Positions 32,839-43,269 of a DNA stretch of 43,269 bases are shown one piece after another; within the stretch, counting starts at the first letter, position 1, and each line of letters begins with the position of its first letter. The notes beneath the pieces were generated by a model. It had not been told where the DNA came from. It did not search any database and worked only from the letters and a program-made list of their open reading frames with translations. This DNA comes from Nemertoderma westbladi (lineage: Eukaryota; Animalia; Xenacoelomorpha), in the NCBI GenBank assembly GCA_032718475.1, contig JAUCBJ010007653.1:1-43269 (forward strand), given 5' to 3'. The position numbers and the translations under genes were made by a program.

Positions 32839-33025
32839 AAATGCAGCTGCAATGCAGCATGCCGATCCTAGTAGTAGTGTTTGCACTTTGTCACTAAATA
32901 TTCAAATTTTGTCCGGCCACATAGCCCACCAATAAATGAGATTCGTTTCTTTAAGCTATGAAAATCTTGTTCATTGCGGTCGGCGGTCTGTCGGCAGGTA
33001 TGGAGACTTTGCCGCCGATTCTTGG

Positions 33026-33462
33026 GTGCATATACCAATACCATTGACACAGACCCGAGCATATACCAATACCATAGGCCCACTGGTGACCCGGGCATAT
33101 ACCAATACCATTGGTACACTGGTGACCCGAGCATAAACCAATACCATTGGGCCACTGGTTATCCGAGCATATACCAATACCATTGGTACACTGGTGATCC
33201 GAGCATGTACCAATACCATTGGGCCACTGGTGATCCGAGCATATACCAATACCATTGGTACACTGGTGATCCGAGCATGTACCAATACCATTGGGCCACT
33301 GGTGATCCGAGCATATACCAATACCATTGGTACACTGGTGATCCGAGCATGTACCAATACCATTGGCCCACTGGTGATCCGAGCATATACCAATACCATT
33401 GGTACACTGGTGATCCGAGCATATACCAATACCATTGGTACACTGGTGATCCGAGCATGTAC
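33026..33462. repeat. 36-bp minisatellite with alternating 72-bp dimer, about 12 units
   Basis: CCGAGCAT(A/G)TACCAATACCATTGG(TA/GC)CACTGGTGAT in tandem. Confidence 0.95.
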
Positions 33463-33733
33463 CTGCTGAAATGGGATCACCGATTTTCTGGATATTAAGG
33501 TGTAATATTAAGGAGATAACTTTCCCACGATGTTTCATTTTCCGACAACTGTCAGGCTATTCCACGATCCGATCCATGATGGGTGGTCGTTGTGTCGGTG
33601 CTGTTGGGTAGCTGGCAGGGTGTGGCTTGGTATTGTAAATGTGCAGTATTAACTGCTATTTTTCAAGGGTATCTTGTTATATATTTTCAATACTTATTGA
33701 TTATTTATATAGATAAGTATAAAATTAAAAACA

Positions 33734-33997
33734 ATGAATTCATTTTTAATTGTCCTGGTTTGTGTTGCTATGATGCTGTGTTGTGTAGATTGTCAGGAAG
33801 GCGGAGGTTGCGCAATGGTATCGAATGCGCAATGCAAAAATAGTTGCAATAATAAATCAACAGCGACGTCCTTCTGTCCGCTAATGAACATTCCGCGCAA
33901 CAATTATAAATGTTTGGAGGCAGCTGGGAAACTTACATCAGATCCATGGAATGGGGTGAACTTCTGCAAAGGATGGTGCGATATCGCCATTTATTAG
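33734..33997 (+). CDS. Putative secreted cysteine-rich peptide, 87 aa (copy 1)
   Basis: Hydrophobic N-terminal signal peptide MNSFLIVLVCVAMMLCCVDC, then a 67-aa region with 7 Cys including two CxxxC. A-rich start context AAAACAATG. AT-rich flanks and ATTAAA about 80 bp downstream. Confidence 0.65.
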   Translation: MNSFLIVLVCVAMMLCCVDCQEGGGCAMVSNAQCKNSCNNKSTATSFCPLMNIPRNNYKCLEAAGKLTSDPWNGVNFCKGWCDIAIY

Positions 33998-34214
33998 ATA
34001 CTTTCTAACGAATATTGTTATAGCTGATTCTGGTGGCGGGTGTTGGTATCGGGGTGAATTGAGTATTATTTTGTTTTAATTAAAAATTATATTTTAAGGT
34101 TTTGTTATAATGTTTTGAAATGGGTAGGGGAGACCGGGGTGGTTTGGCACGTGGGTGGATTGGCATACATGCCTTTTGAGGGACTTGCTGAATGTGGATT
34201 CTTTAATCAACTTA

Positions 34215-34459
34215 GGGTGAGTACAAAACAAAGAACCAATTAAGTAACCTGAATAATCTTGTAACATGTGTTAACTTTCGTTTATTGTTTTGGTTCCCCC
34301 AACGCGCCTCTGCAACACGCCTCTGTTCCTTTACTAACCTGCTCTTTTAAATGGCAATGGGACGGACCTAACGCTCTTTGGGACCTAACGTGACTTTACC
34401 TATTTGTTTTGTACAGTGGGTCTTGGGTCTTTGTTTGGTCTTTGTTTTGTACTCACCCC
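34215..34459. mobile_element. MITE with ~20-bp TIRs (GGGTGAGTACAAAACAAAGA), possibly PIF/Harbinger
   Basis: 34215-34234 is inverted relative to 34439-34458. A homologue lies at 447-621. TSD is imperfect (TTA/TCA). Confidence 0.65.
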
Positions 34460-34589
34460 TCAATTTATAATACTATATCTGAAATTGGAAACTGAAAAAA
34501 TTAAATTTAAATTTAATGCAATTGGCGTTTCTCTGGGTAACATTTTCGAAACACATTGGTCTAATTACTCTAATATTTAAACCATCTAA

Positions 34590-34815
34590 AGGCCCGTTCA
34601 TATCCAACGGAACGGTACACCGCGCGGTGTACCGCAGGGCCAGCGGTGCACCGCTGACTGTGAACGACCCAACAAGTAGTTGTGCGCTAAACCGCGCGGT
34701 TTACCGCAGCCCATTTAAATAATGTTAAAACAATTAATGTAATTTCCTGTTGAATTCACAGTCGACAGATAGACAATCAGTTACCGCAACGGTACCGTTG
34801 GGTATGAACGGGGCT
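34590..34815. mobile_element. PIF/Harbinger-like MITE, 226 bp
   Basis: TAA|AGGCCCGTTCATATCCAACGG...CCGTTGGGTATGAACGGGGCT|TAA, i.e. ~21-bp imperfect TIRs and a 3-bp TAA TSD. Confidence 0.8.
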
Positions 34816-34831
34816 TAAGACAAGTTGGACA

Positions 34832-35300
34832 GTGCTGGATCATAGTTACACATTCATTCATAAACCAAGCTTCATCAACTCAGGTGGAACCTTAGTACCT
34901 AGGAGTAACAATTTAAAGTCCTTGGGTTACAACATTTCAAACATCCCCAAATCTGAATGTGTACTACGACATACCCTTCAGTCAATATTTTCATTGTCAC
35001 ACTCATTCCATCTCCAATGTTGGACTAGCAGATGGCTTGATGCGGACACGGTATTTTATTTATGGCGATCATTGGCTGTTCCAGTAATCACATATAGGCT
35101 GAAATACGACATCGAGGTACTTAGCAAGAGTGATAAGGACGCCCTTGACTCAACCTATAGAAAAACATTACGGAGTCTACTACATGTGGGTCCCTAATGT
35201 CAATATAGGCACACTATCCTTCTTCTAAGGACACTACCAATAACTTAGGAAGCGCTACGGCTCTGTGTAGGATCCCTGCAACGGGCCCTAGTCAGCCCAA
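34832..35300 (+). pseudogene. Highly degraded LINE post-RT fragment
   Basis: NNLKSLG resembles the KYLG motif. LWRSLAVPVITY...LDSTYRKTLRSLL resembles the LINE thumb region. Followed by stops. Confidence 0.45.
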
Positions 35301-36129
35301 ATTAATCTTTGCAACATAGCCTTAGATTAGCCCTAGACTCCAATGGTGGCAGACCTTATGAAGGTCTCATTAGCGGCTATCTAAAAGGCATTCGTCTTTT
35401 CGCACTTCCTGTGGTATTCTCTCTGGCACATTATTGTTACTCAAAGGAACTGCTTTCTCGCATTAGCCCAGGCAAACCTGCAACAGCACATCTAATTTAC
35501 ACTGACTTCCTTCTCACTTGTTTTCGCCTGAAAACCGTAAATTTTCACCAAAAAAAGAGGCAAATACGAGAGTTTTTTAACGTATTAGTGGCAAAGATGT
35601 GTACCATTAATGGCGCCATGTACCATAAGGGATTTTATCTCATTTTGTCGAACCTGTGTGATTGTAATATCATAATAATGCAGTTTAATTGCAATCCTAA
35701 TTCAATTGTATAATTTAATTGTTAATAGGTTAATTCTAATTTGATAATTACTGTATAACCGTAAAGTTCTCTACATGATCTAGGTGTATATATCACTTCA
35801 CATATACTGCATTATATTACGTAAAATGTCAGTCTCATAGTGCAATTTTAATTAGTTTTTATTTTGTGTAATGAGGTAACTTAACTGAAGATAGTCAATT
35901 AAATTCTTGATAAAATGAGAACTCATACTAAGCAAATGAGTTAACAAACAGATTGGAAGATATGAGCGAATTAGACCAAAACAAGCTAAATGTCCCAACC
36001 TTCCCCTATTTTACTACAAAAAATAAAAATTTACTTTTTATGTATCTTTTTTTATGTAAATTTTAAAGATTTATGTATCTGTTATAAGAAAAACAATTGG
36101 TACTGAAAAAAAAATAATACTTCTGGATG

Positions 36130-37955
36130 TTTACAGGAGCTAATAAACCAACAGGTTGATGCCATCAATGATGCTGACGACAACAGGCAATCATCCCAGG
36201 TATGGAGATCGTCAACTTGCTTGCTGGTCGAAAAAGCCAACCAACCACCAAGGTTAAGGCTGAATCACCAGCCGATCGCCTCAATGGTTGGAAGGCCCAC
36301 TTTGAAAAGCTCCTCAATAATGACAGGGTATTGCCTGATAACTTTATAGAAGTAAAAGTGTCTGAGTCTGTACTCCCAGAAATTCCCATTGGTGATATTT
36401 CCTTTGCAGAAGTGAAGGCGCTGCAAAGAGCATTAAGACCAATCGTGCCAGTGGAGTAGATGGTGTTCCCCCTGAGGTTTTTAAAATACCTGAATGTTTA
36501 AAGCTCATCTATCCCATCATAGTAGACATGTACCGAACAACAAGAGTCCCACAAGAAATGAAAATAAGTTAGGTTGCCCTGGTGCCAGTTCCCAAGAAGG
36601 GCAACCTAACACTCTATGGTTCTTTTCGGGGAATCTCATTGATCTCGATTGCTGCAAAGCTATACAATAGAATTCTATTAAATCGCATCAGGGATCCCAT
36701 TGAGAGACTGCTCCGTGGAAATCAGAATGGGTTCCGTAAAGGTCGTGGGACCATGGAGCCCATTTTGGCACTTAGAAGGATAATTGAAGAGTTATCAAAA
36801 AAGAAAGACAGGCATCTGGCTGTTATCTTTGTTGACTTCTTCAAGGCCTTTGATTCAGTCTCTCGCTCACGTATGTTCAGCATACTTTCATTATATGGGA
36901 TTCCTGGTGAAATTATTGCAGCAATTAGATCAGTAAACGATGGTTCGACAACATTTGTGTCTACTGTTGACGGTGACACAGAACCATTTGAAGTGTTATG
37001 GGGCGTCCTCCAGGGAGACACACTTGCACCATTCTTGTTCATAATTGTTGTTGACTATATTTTACGCATGTCCTTAGATCATCATAATGATGATGGGGTG
37101 ATGATAACTCCACCTACTGGCTCCAGAAGTCGAGGAAATCCTGCCAAGTACCTAACTGATCTAGACTTTGCTGATGACTTAGGAGTACTCTCAGAATCAC
37201 TAGAGGGAGCCCAACGGCTCCTCAGCTCATTAGAACATGCTGCTTCTAGTGTTGGTTTTTTTATTAACTCCAGAAAGACCAAAATTTTGACAGTTAACTT
37301 TGAAAGTCCTCAGCAAGTCTCTGATCGGATGAGCATTGAGCATGTGGATGACTTCTGTTACCTGGGATCATGGATCCGGAAGTCAGGTGAGGACCTTATG
37401 GATGTCGTCTCTTTCCGGAGGTCAGGTGAGGATACGTAAGGGAAAGGCATGGGCAGCCTTGAATAGGCTTTCCAGGATTTGGAAGTCACCGAGAATTAAT
37501 CGGAAACTTAAGGTCCGATTATTTAGAGCAGCAGTAATTCCAGTACTCCTCTATGGGAGTACATGCTGGGCTCTAACTGCTGAGGACACTAAATCTCTGG
37601 ATGGCACATTCACAAGAATGCTACACCGGGTTCATTGTGTCAAGTACAATGCACACATCTCCAACCAGACACTATATAACATTGGAGGGTCTCATTGGTT
37701 CCCCCAAGCTTGACACTAGAACAAAATCGCCTACGCTTTGCAGGACATTGCTTTCGCCGTGAGGACCAGCCAGTGCATAATCTTGTACTTTGGCAGCCTC
37801 ATGGAGTGAATAAGCATGGTGGACAGCCCATGACTTTCTTGAGACGCATCTTAAAGGACACTGGCCTTGAAGATGCGGATGATCTAGCAAATGTCATGGG
37901 TGATAGGGAGTTGTGGCGGTGCCATTTTGTCGATAAGCCGGCACAGCATTCTTAA
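36130..37955 (+). pseudogene. RTE-clade LINE reverse transcriptase, disrupted (copy 2, 5'-truncated by the duplication)
   Basis: Same RT motifs. Retains HVDDFCYLGSWI, which is missing in copy 1. Has its own 1-bp deletion near 37689. Confidence 0.92.
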
Positions 37956-38142
37956 AAATGCAGCTGCAATGCAGCATGCCGATCCTAGTAGTAGTGTTTG
38001 CACTTTGTCACTAAATATTCAAATTTTGTCCGGCCACATAGCCCACCAATAAATGAGATTCGTTTCTTTAAGCTATGAAAATCTTGTTCATTGCGGTCGG
38101 CGGTCTGTCGGCAGGTATGGAGACTTTGCCGCCGATTCTTGG

Positions 38143-39011
38143 GTGCATATACCAATACCATTGACACAGACCCGAGCATATACCAATACCATAGGCCCAC
38201 TGGTGACCCGGGCATATACCAATACCATTGGTACACTGGTGACCCGAGCATAAACCAATACCATTGGGCCACTGGTTATCCGAGCATATACCAATACCAT
38301 TGGTACACTGGTGATCCGAGCATGTACCAATACCATTGGGCCACTGGTGATCCGAGCATATACCAATACCATTGGTACACTGGTGATCCGAGCATGTACC
38401 AATACCATTGGGCCACTGGTGATCCGAGCATATACCAATACCATTGGTACACTGGTGATCCGAGCATGTACCAATACCATTGGGCCACTGGTGATCCGAG
38501 CATATACCAATACCATTGGTACACTGGTGATCCGAGCATGTACCAATACCATTGGGCCACTGGTGATCCGAGCATATACCAATACCATTGGTACACTGGT
38601 GATCCGAGCATGTACCAATACCATTGGGCCACTGGTGATCCGAGCATATACCAATACCATTGGTACACTGGTGATCCGAGCATGTACCAATACCATTGGG
38701 CCACTGGTGATCCGAGCATATACCAATACCATTGGTACACTGGTGATCCGAGCATGTACCAATACCATTGGGCCACTGGTGATCCGAGCATATACCAATA
38801 CCATTGGTACACTGGTGATCCGAGCATGTACCAATACCATTGGGCCACTGGTGATCCGAGCATATACCAATACCATTGGTACACTGGTGATCCGAGCATG
38901 TACCAATACCATTGGCCCACTGGTGATCCGAGCATATACCAATACCATTGGTACACTGGTGATCCGAGCATATACCAATACCATTGGTACACTGGTGATC
39001 CGAGCATGTAC
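38143..39011. repeat. 36-bp minisatellite, about 24 units (expanded 72-bp dimer)
   Basis: Same unit as 33026-33462 with 12 additional monomers. Confidence 0.95.
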
Positions 39012-39282
39012 CTGCTGAAATGGGATCACCGATTTTCTGGATATTAAGGTGTAATATTAAGGAGATAACTTTCCCACGATGTTTCATTTTCCGACAACTG
39101 TCAGGCTATTCCACGATCCGATCCATGATGGGTGGTCGTTGTGTCGGTGCTGTTGGGTAGCTGGCAGGGTGTGGCTTGGTATTGTAAATGTGCAGTATTA
39201 ACTGCTATTTTTCAAGGGTATCTTGTTATATATTTTCAATACTTATTGATTATTTATATAGATAAGTATAAAATTAAAAACA

Positions 39283-39546
39283 ATGAATTCATTTTTAATT
39301 GTCCTGGTTTGTGTTGCTATGATGCTGTGTTGTGTAGATTGTCAGGAAGGCGGAGGTTGCGCAATGGTATCGAATGCGCAATGCAAAAATAGTTGCAATA
39401 ATAAATCAACAGCGACGTCCTTCTGTCCGCTAATGAACATTCCGCGCAACAATTATAAATGTTTGGAGGCAGCTGGGAAACTTACATCAGATCCATGGAA
39501 TGGGGTGAACTTCTGCAAAGGATGGTGCGATATCGCCATTTATTAG
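39283..39546 (+). CDS. Putative secreted cysteine-rich peptide, 87 aa (copy 2, identical protein)
   Basis: Translation identical to 33734-33997. Confidence 0.65.
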   Translation: MNSFLIVLVCVAMMLCCVDCQEGGGCAMVSNAQCKNSCNNKSTATSFCPLMNIPRNNYKCLEAAGKLTSDPWNGVNFCKGWCDIAIY

Positions 39547-39763
39547 ATACTTTCTAACGAATATTGTTATAGCTGATTCTGGTGGCGGGTGTTGGTATCG
39601 GGGTGAATTGAGTATTATTTTGTTTTAATTAAAAATTATATTTTAAGGTTTTGTTATAATGTTTTGAAATGGGTAGGGGAGACCGGGGTGGTTTGGCACG
39701 TGGGTGGATTGGCATACATGCCTTTTGAGGGACTTGCTGAATGTGGATTCTTTAATCAACTTA

Positions 39764-40008
39764 GGGTGAGTACAAAACAAAGAACCAATTAAGTAACCTG
39801 AATAATCTTGTAACATGTGTTAACTTTCGTTTATTGTTTTGGTTCCCCCAACGCGCCTCTGCAACACGCCTCTGTTCCTTTACTAACCTGCTCTTTTAAA
39901 TGGCAATGGGACGGACCTAACGCTCTTTGGGACCTAACGTGACTTTACCTATTTGTTTTGTACAGTGGGTCTTGGGTCTTTGTTTGGTCTTTGTTTTGTA
40001 CTCACCCC
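39764..40008. mobile_element. MITE (duplicate of 34215-34459)
   Basis: Same TIRs, inside duplication unit 2. Confidence 0.65.
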
Positions 40009-40138
40009 TCAATTTATAATACTATATCTGAAATTGGAAACTGAAAAAATTAAATTTAAATTTAATGCAATTGGCGTTTCTCTGGGTAACATTTTCAAAA
40101 CACATTGGTCTAATTACTCTAATATTTAAACCATCTAA

Positions 40139-40364
40139 AGGCCCGTTCATATCCAACGGAACGGTACACCGCGCGGTGTACCGCAGGGCCAGCGGTGCAC
40201 CGCTGACTGTGAACGACCCAACAAGTAGTTGTGCGCTAAACCGCGCGGTTTACCGCAGCCCATTTAAATAATGTTAAAACAATTAATGTAATTTCCTGTT
40301 GAATTCACAGTCGACAGATAGACAATCAGTTACCGCAACGGTACCGTTGGGTATGAACGGGGCT
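40139..40364. mobile_element. PIF/Harbinger-like MITE (duplicate of 34590-34815)
   Basis: Same TIRs and TAA TSD. Confidence 0.8.
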
Positions 40365-41681
40365 TAAGACAAGTTGGACAGTGCTGGATCATAGTTACAC
40401 ATTCATTCATAAACCAAGCTTCATCAACTCAGGTGGAACCTTAGTACCTAGGAGTAACAATTTAAAGTCCTTGGGTTACAACATTTCAAACATCCCCAAA
40501 TCTGAATGTGTACTACGACATACCCTTCAGTCAATATTTTCATTGTCACACTCATTCCATCTCCAATGTTGGACTAGCAGATGGCTTGATGCGGACACGG
40601 TATTTTATTTATGGCGATCATTGGCTGTTCCAGTAATCACATATAGGCTGAAATACGACATCGAGGTACTTAGCAAGAGTGATAAGGACGCCCTTGACTC
40701 AACCTATAGAAAAACATTACGGAGTCTACTACATGTGGGTCCCTAATGTCAATATAGGCACACTATCCTTCTTCTAAGGACACTACCAATAACTTAGGAA
40801 GCGCTACGGCTCTGTGTAGGATCCCTGCAACGGGCCCTAGTCAGCCCAAATTAATCTTTGCAACATAGCCTTAGATTAGCCCTAGACTCCAATGGTGGCA
40901 GACCTTATGAAGGTCTCATTAGCGGCTATCTAAAAGGCATTCGTCTTTTCGCACTTCCTGTGGTATTCTCTCTGGCACATTATTGTTACTCAAAGGAACT
41001 GCTTTCTCGCATTAGCCCAGGCAAACCTGCAACAGCACATCTAATTTACACTGACTTCCTTCTCACTTGTTTTCGCCTGAAAACCGTAAATTTTCACCAA
41101 AAAAAGAGGCAAATACGAGAGTTTTTTAACGTATTAGTGGCAAAGATGTGTACCATTAATGGCGCCATGTACCATAAGGGATTTTATCTCATTTTGTCGA
41201 ACCTGTGTGATTGTAATATCATAATAATGCAGTTTAATTGCAATCCTAATTCAATTGTATAATTTAATTGTTAATAGGTTAATTCTAATTTGATAATTAC
41301 TGTATAACCGTAAAGTTCTCTACATGATCTAGGTGTATATATCACTTCATATATACTGCATTATATTACGTAAAATGTCAGTCTCATAGTGCAATTTTAA
41401 TTAGTTTTTATTTTGTGTAATGAGGTAACTTAACTGAAGATAGTCAATTAAATTCTTGATAAAATGAGAACTCATACTAAGCAAATGAGTTAACAAACAG
41501 ATTGGAAGATATGAGCGAATTAGACCAAAACAAGCTAAATGTCCCAACCTTCCCCTATTTTACTACAAAAAATAAAAATTTACTTTTTATGTATCTTTTT
41601 TTATGTAAATTTTAAAGATTTATGTATCTGTTATAAGAAAAACAATTGGTACTGAAAAAAAAATAATACTCTGGATGTTAA

Positions 41682-42100
41682 CCCTATTAGTACCAGGCTA
41701 TAAAATGTTGTATACCGGGGAGGGGGGGGGGGGGGGGGGGTGTCATATTGACCCACCCCCCCCCCCCCCCCCCTAAAATCTACAAAATTAAAAATAAACG
41801 TCTGATTTTTGTTTGTACGTAGATTTCACTAGTCTGAACCAGACCGAAAAAACTACTACTACTATTACTATAGTATACTATGTACTATACTATAACTATT
41901 ACTTAGTTTGTTATTTTGCAGCATAAAAATTTCAAGTAAGTGAGCAATTTTCAAAAAATTTGAAAGTTACAATTTTCAGCTAATGTTTTTTCGGTTTTCT
42001 GGGGCGCTGAATCCATTTGAAGATATTTAAAATGATCTGATTACTATAAATAGCAGTTATAGAAATCTACGTAGCCAAAAAATGAAAAAAACAAATAAAC
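41682..42100 (-). mobile_element. Truncated, inverted, diverged copy of the right end of the piggyBac-like element
   Basis: TTAA|CCCTATTAGTACCAGGCTATAAAATGTTGTA...GTCATATTGACCC...CTAAAATCTACAA...ACGTCTGATTTT matches the reverse complement of about 29120-29497. Confidence 0.85.
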
Positions 42101-42832
42101 GGTAATTGGGACGTCGTGGAGAACTAAAAATAAAAAGTAAAAATAAAAAAAATAAAAAATTAATTAATTAATTCGCAAAGATCAGCCACCGTATATCATT
42201 ATATTTTTAGTAAAAATTAATTATTGTAATGTCTAGAATAACACAATTGTGAGTGGATTTTTTCCAAAAATTACCAGCAGTGTCTCACCCCGTCTATTCA
42301 GAATTGCAGAGTACATACACTACAGGGTGTATGTATTTTTGTACAGACTGACTGTTGTCTGTAGTGTATGTATGAACCGGTACGTCTGTACCGGTGATGC
42401 CGGTATATGCGACCATTCGAATTTCGTTTAGAATTAAGTTTTGTGCCTCTATGGTATTTTTACTTAAGTGTGTTTGTTTACAATAATGTTGAATTATTCG
42501 ATTGTTTTATTATACCCCGCCGGGGCGAAATCCGGGCCTATAGAATCTTCATAAATAATAAAAAAGATGCAGAAAGGCGACATAGCCAAATAGCCAGGCC
42601 TATGCTAGGGATATTTTCTCATATCACAAGCAATACTGTACACCCCAAACATATAGAAAAATAACCGCGCTCACACACATATTAAATACCACGCGTTGCC
42701 GTCAATCCTGGCACCACAGGGCGGATGGACGCCGACGAGATCTCAAAGGAATGTCACCAAATCCCCAAATACTAGTCAACGATATTATTACGTATGGGGG
42801 GGAGAACTGGGATATGTCATCACAAAAAGTAG

Positions 42833-42960
42833 ATGTTGGTATGGTATGTACTTGCAAAAACAGAATCGTGGCTTGATGATAGCATTACTGATGTAGCCAG
42901 CGATATTGAACAAATGTGTTCACGTAGGCGAGACAGGGCAGGCCGAGATGGAGGTAGGTG
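42833..42960 (+). pseudogene. Fragment of a LINE (CR1/L2-like) APE endonuclease N-terminus
   Basis: LAKTESWLDDSITD....I......RRDRAGRDGG matches the TESWL...RxDR...GGGV pattern. Confidence 0.6.
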
Positions 42961-43074
42961 GTATAGTCTTAAACAGATATCCACGAAAGACTACAGTACA
43001 AACATTGATATGACCCCTGTTATTGATTTAAAGTCGAAGTCTATAATTAAAAATCCTACACGTACTGCACTCCC

Positions 43075-43225
43075 AGTACAGCCTCATGCATTATGGAGCG
43101 AATGCAGTACGTGTGATGGGCGTGGGTAATCCAGGAATTTCTTAAAACGCCTCTAAAAGGATAGGCCTAGGCCTAACTGGCCTTGAAGATGCAGATAATC
43201 ACACGAAAGTTATGTGCGATATTGT
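43075..43225 (+). pseudogene. Short degenerate 3' fragment of the same RTE family as 32680-32790
   Basis: CAGCCTCATG...TTTCTTAAAACGCCTCTAAAAGGA...ACTGGCCTTGAAGATGCAGAT aligns by eye with the LINE end. Confidence 0.55.
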
Positions 43226-43269
43226 ATCTTTATACCATGGACACGGTGTTCAGATTATTTCCATACTCT

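Larger units (their letters stand above)
31041..36129. repeat. Tandem segmental duplication, unit 1 (5089 bp)
   Basis: Near-identical to 36130-41677. ORF offsets are 5089, then 5117, then 5549 after indels. Confidence 0.95.
36130..41677. repeat. Tandem segmental duplication, unit 2 (about 5548 bp)
   Basis: Near-identical to 31041-36129 with a 432-bp larger minisatellite. Confidence 0.95.

Noticed and set aside
32868-33538. Multi-frame repetitive ORFs (SIYQYHWYTGDP, CSDHQCTNGIGI etc.), also at 37985-39087
   Set aside because: Products of a stop-free 36-bp minisatellite that is open in most frames.
34124-34175. TAGGGGAGACCGGGG... resembling a DNA transposon terminus
   Set aside because: No matching opposite TIR found in the window.
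42691-42716. RVAVNPGT as a degenerate 2A-like (DxExNPGP) motif upstream of the APE fragment
   Set aside because: Lacks D, E and the final P, and is not in a continuous frame with the APE fragment.

Overview
This is eukaryotic, repeat-dominated DNA, probably from a bilaterian invertebrate (inferred from the TE families and CTCF-like motifs). It is not prokaryotic and has no CRISPR array. In order: (1) 0.45-3.2 kb holds old TE debris, including a diverged ~150-bp repeat with bipartite CTCF-like motifs, an RTE-type LINE tail, and two Penelope-like remnants carrying minimal type I hammerhead ribozymes. (2) A ~11.5-kb 39-bp satellite is interrupted by a young, internally deleted Ty3/Gypsy element (89-bp LTRs, TGTAA TSD; gag, RNase H and integrase present; protease and RT core absent). 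(3) An 8.1-kb BEL/Pao-derived LTR element (544-bp LTRs, CAAAT TSD) encodes only a very long Gag-protease polyprotein split by one in-frame TAG. Instead of RT/RH/IN it has a 3' non-coding array of 16 conserved small hairpins plus a perfect 62-bp inverted repeat. (4) A non-autonomous piggyBac-like element follows. (5) A near-identical 5.1/5.5-kb tandem duplication has both breakpoints next to TTAA sites. Each unit carries a decayed RTE LINE, a 36-bp minisatellite, two MITEs and the only plausible host gene, an 87-aa secreted Cys-rich peptide. The giant repetitive ORFs in the ORF track are satellite artefacts. All calls were made by eye without database searches.
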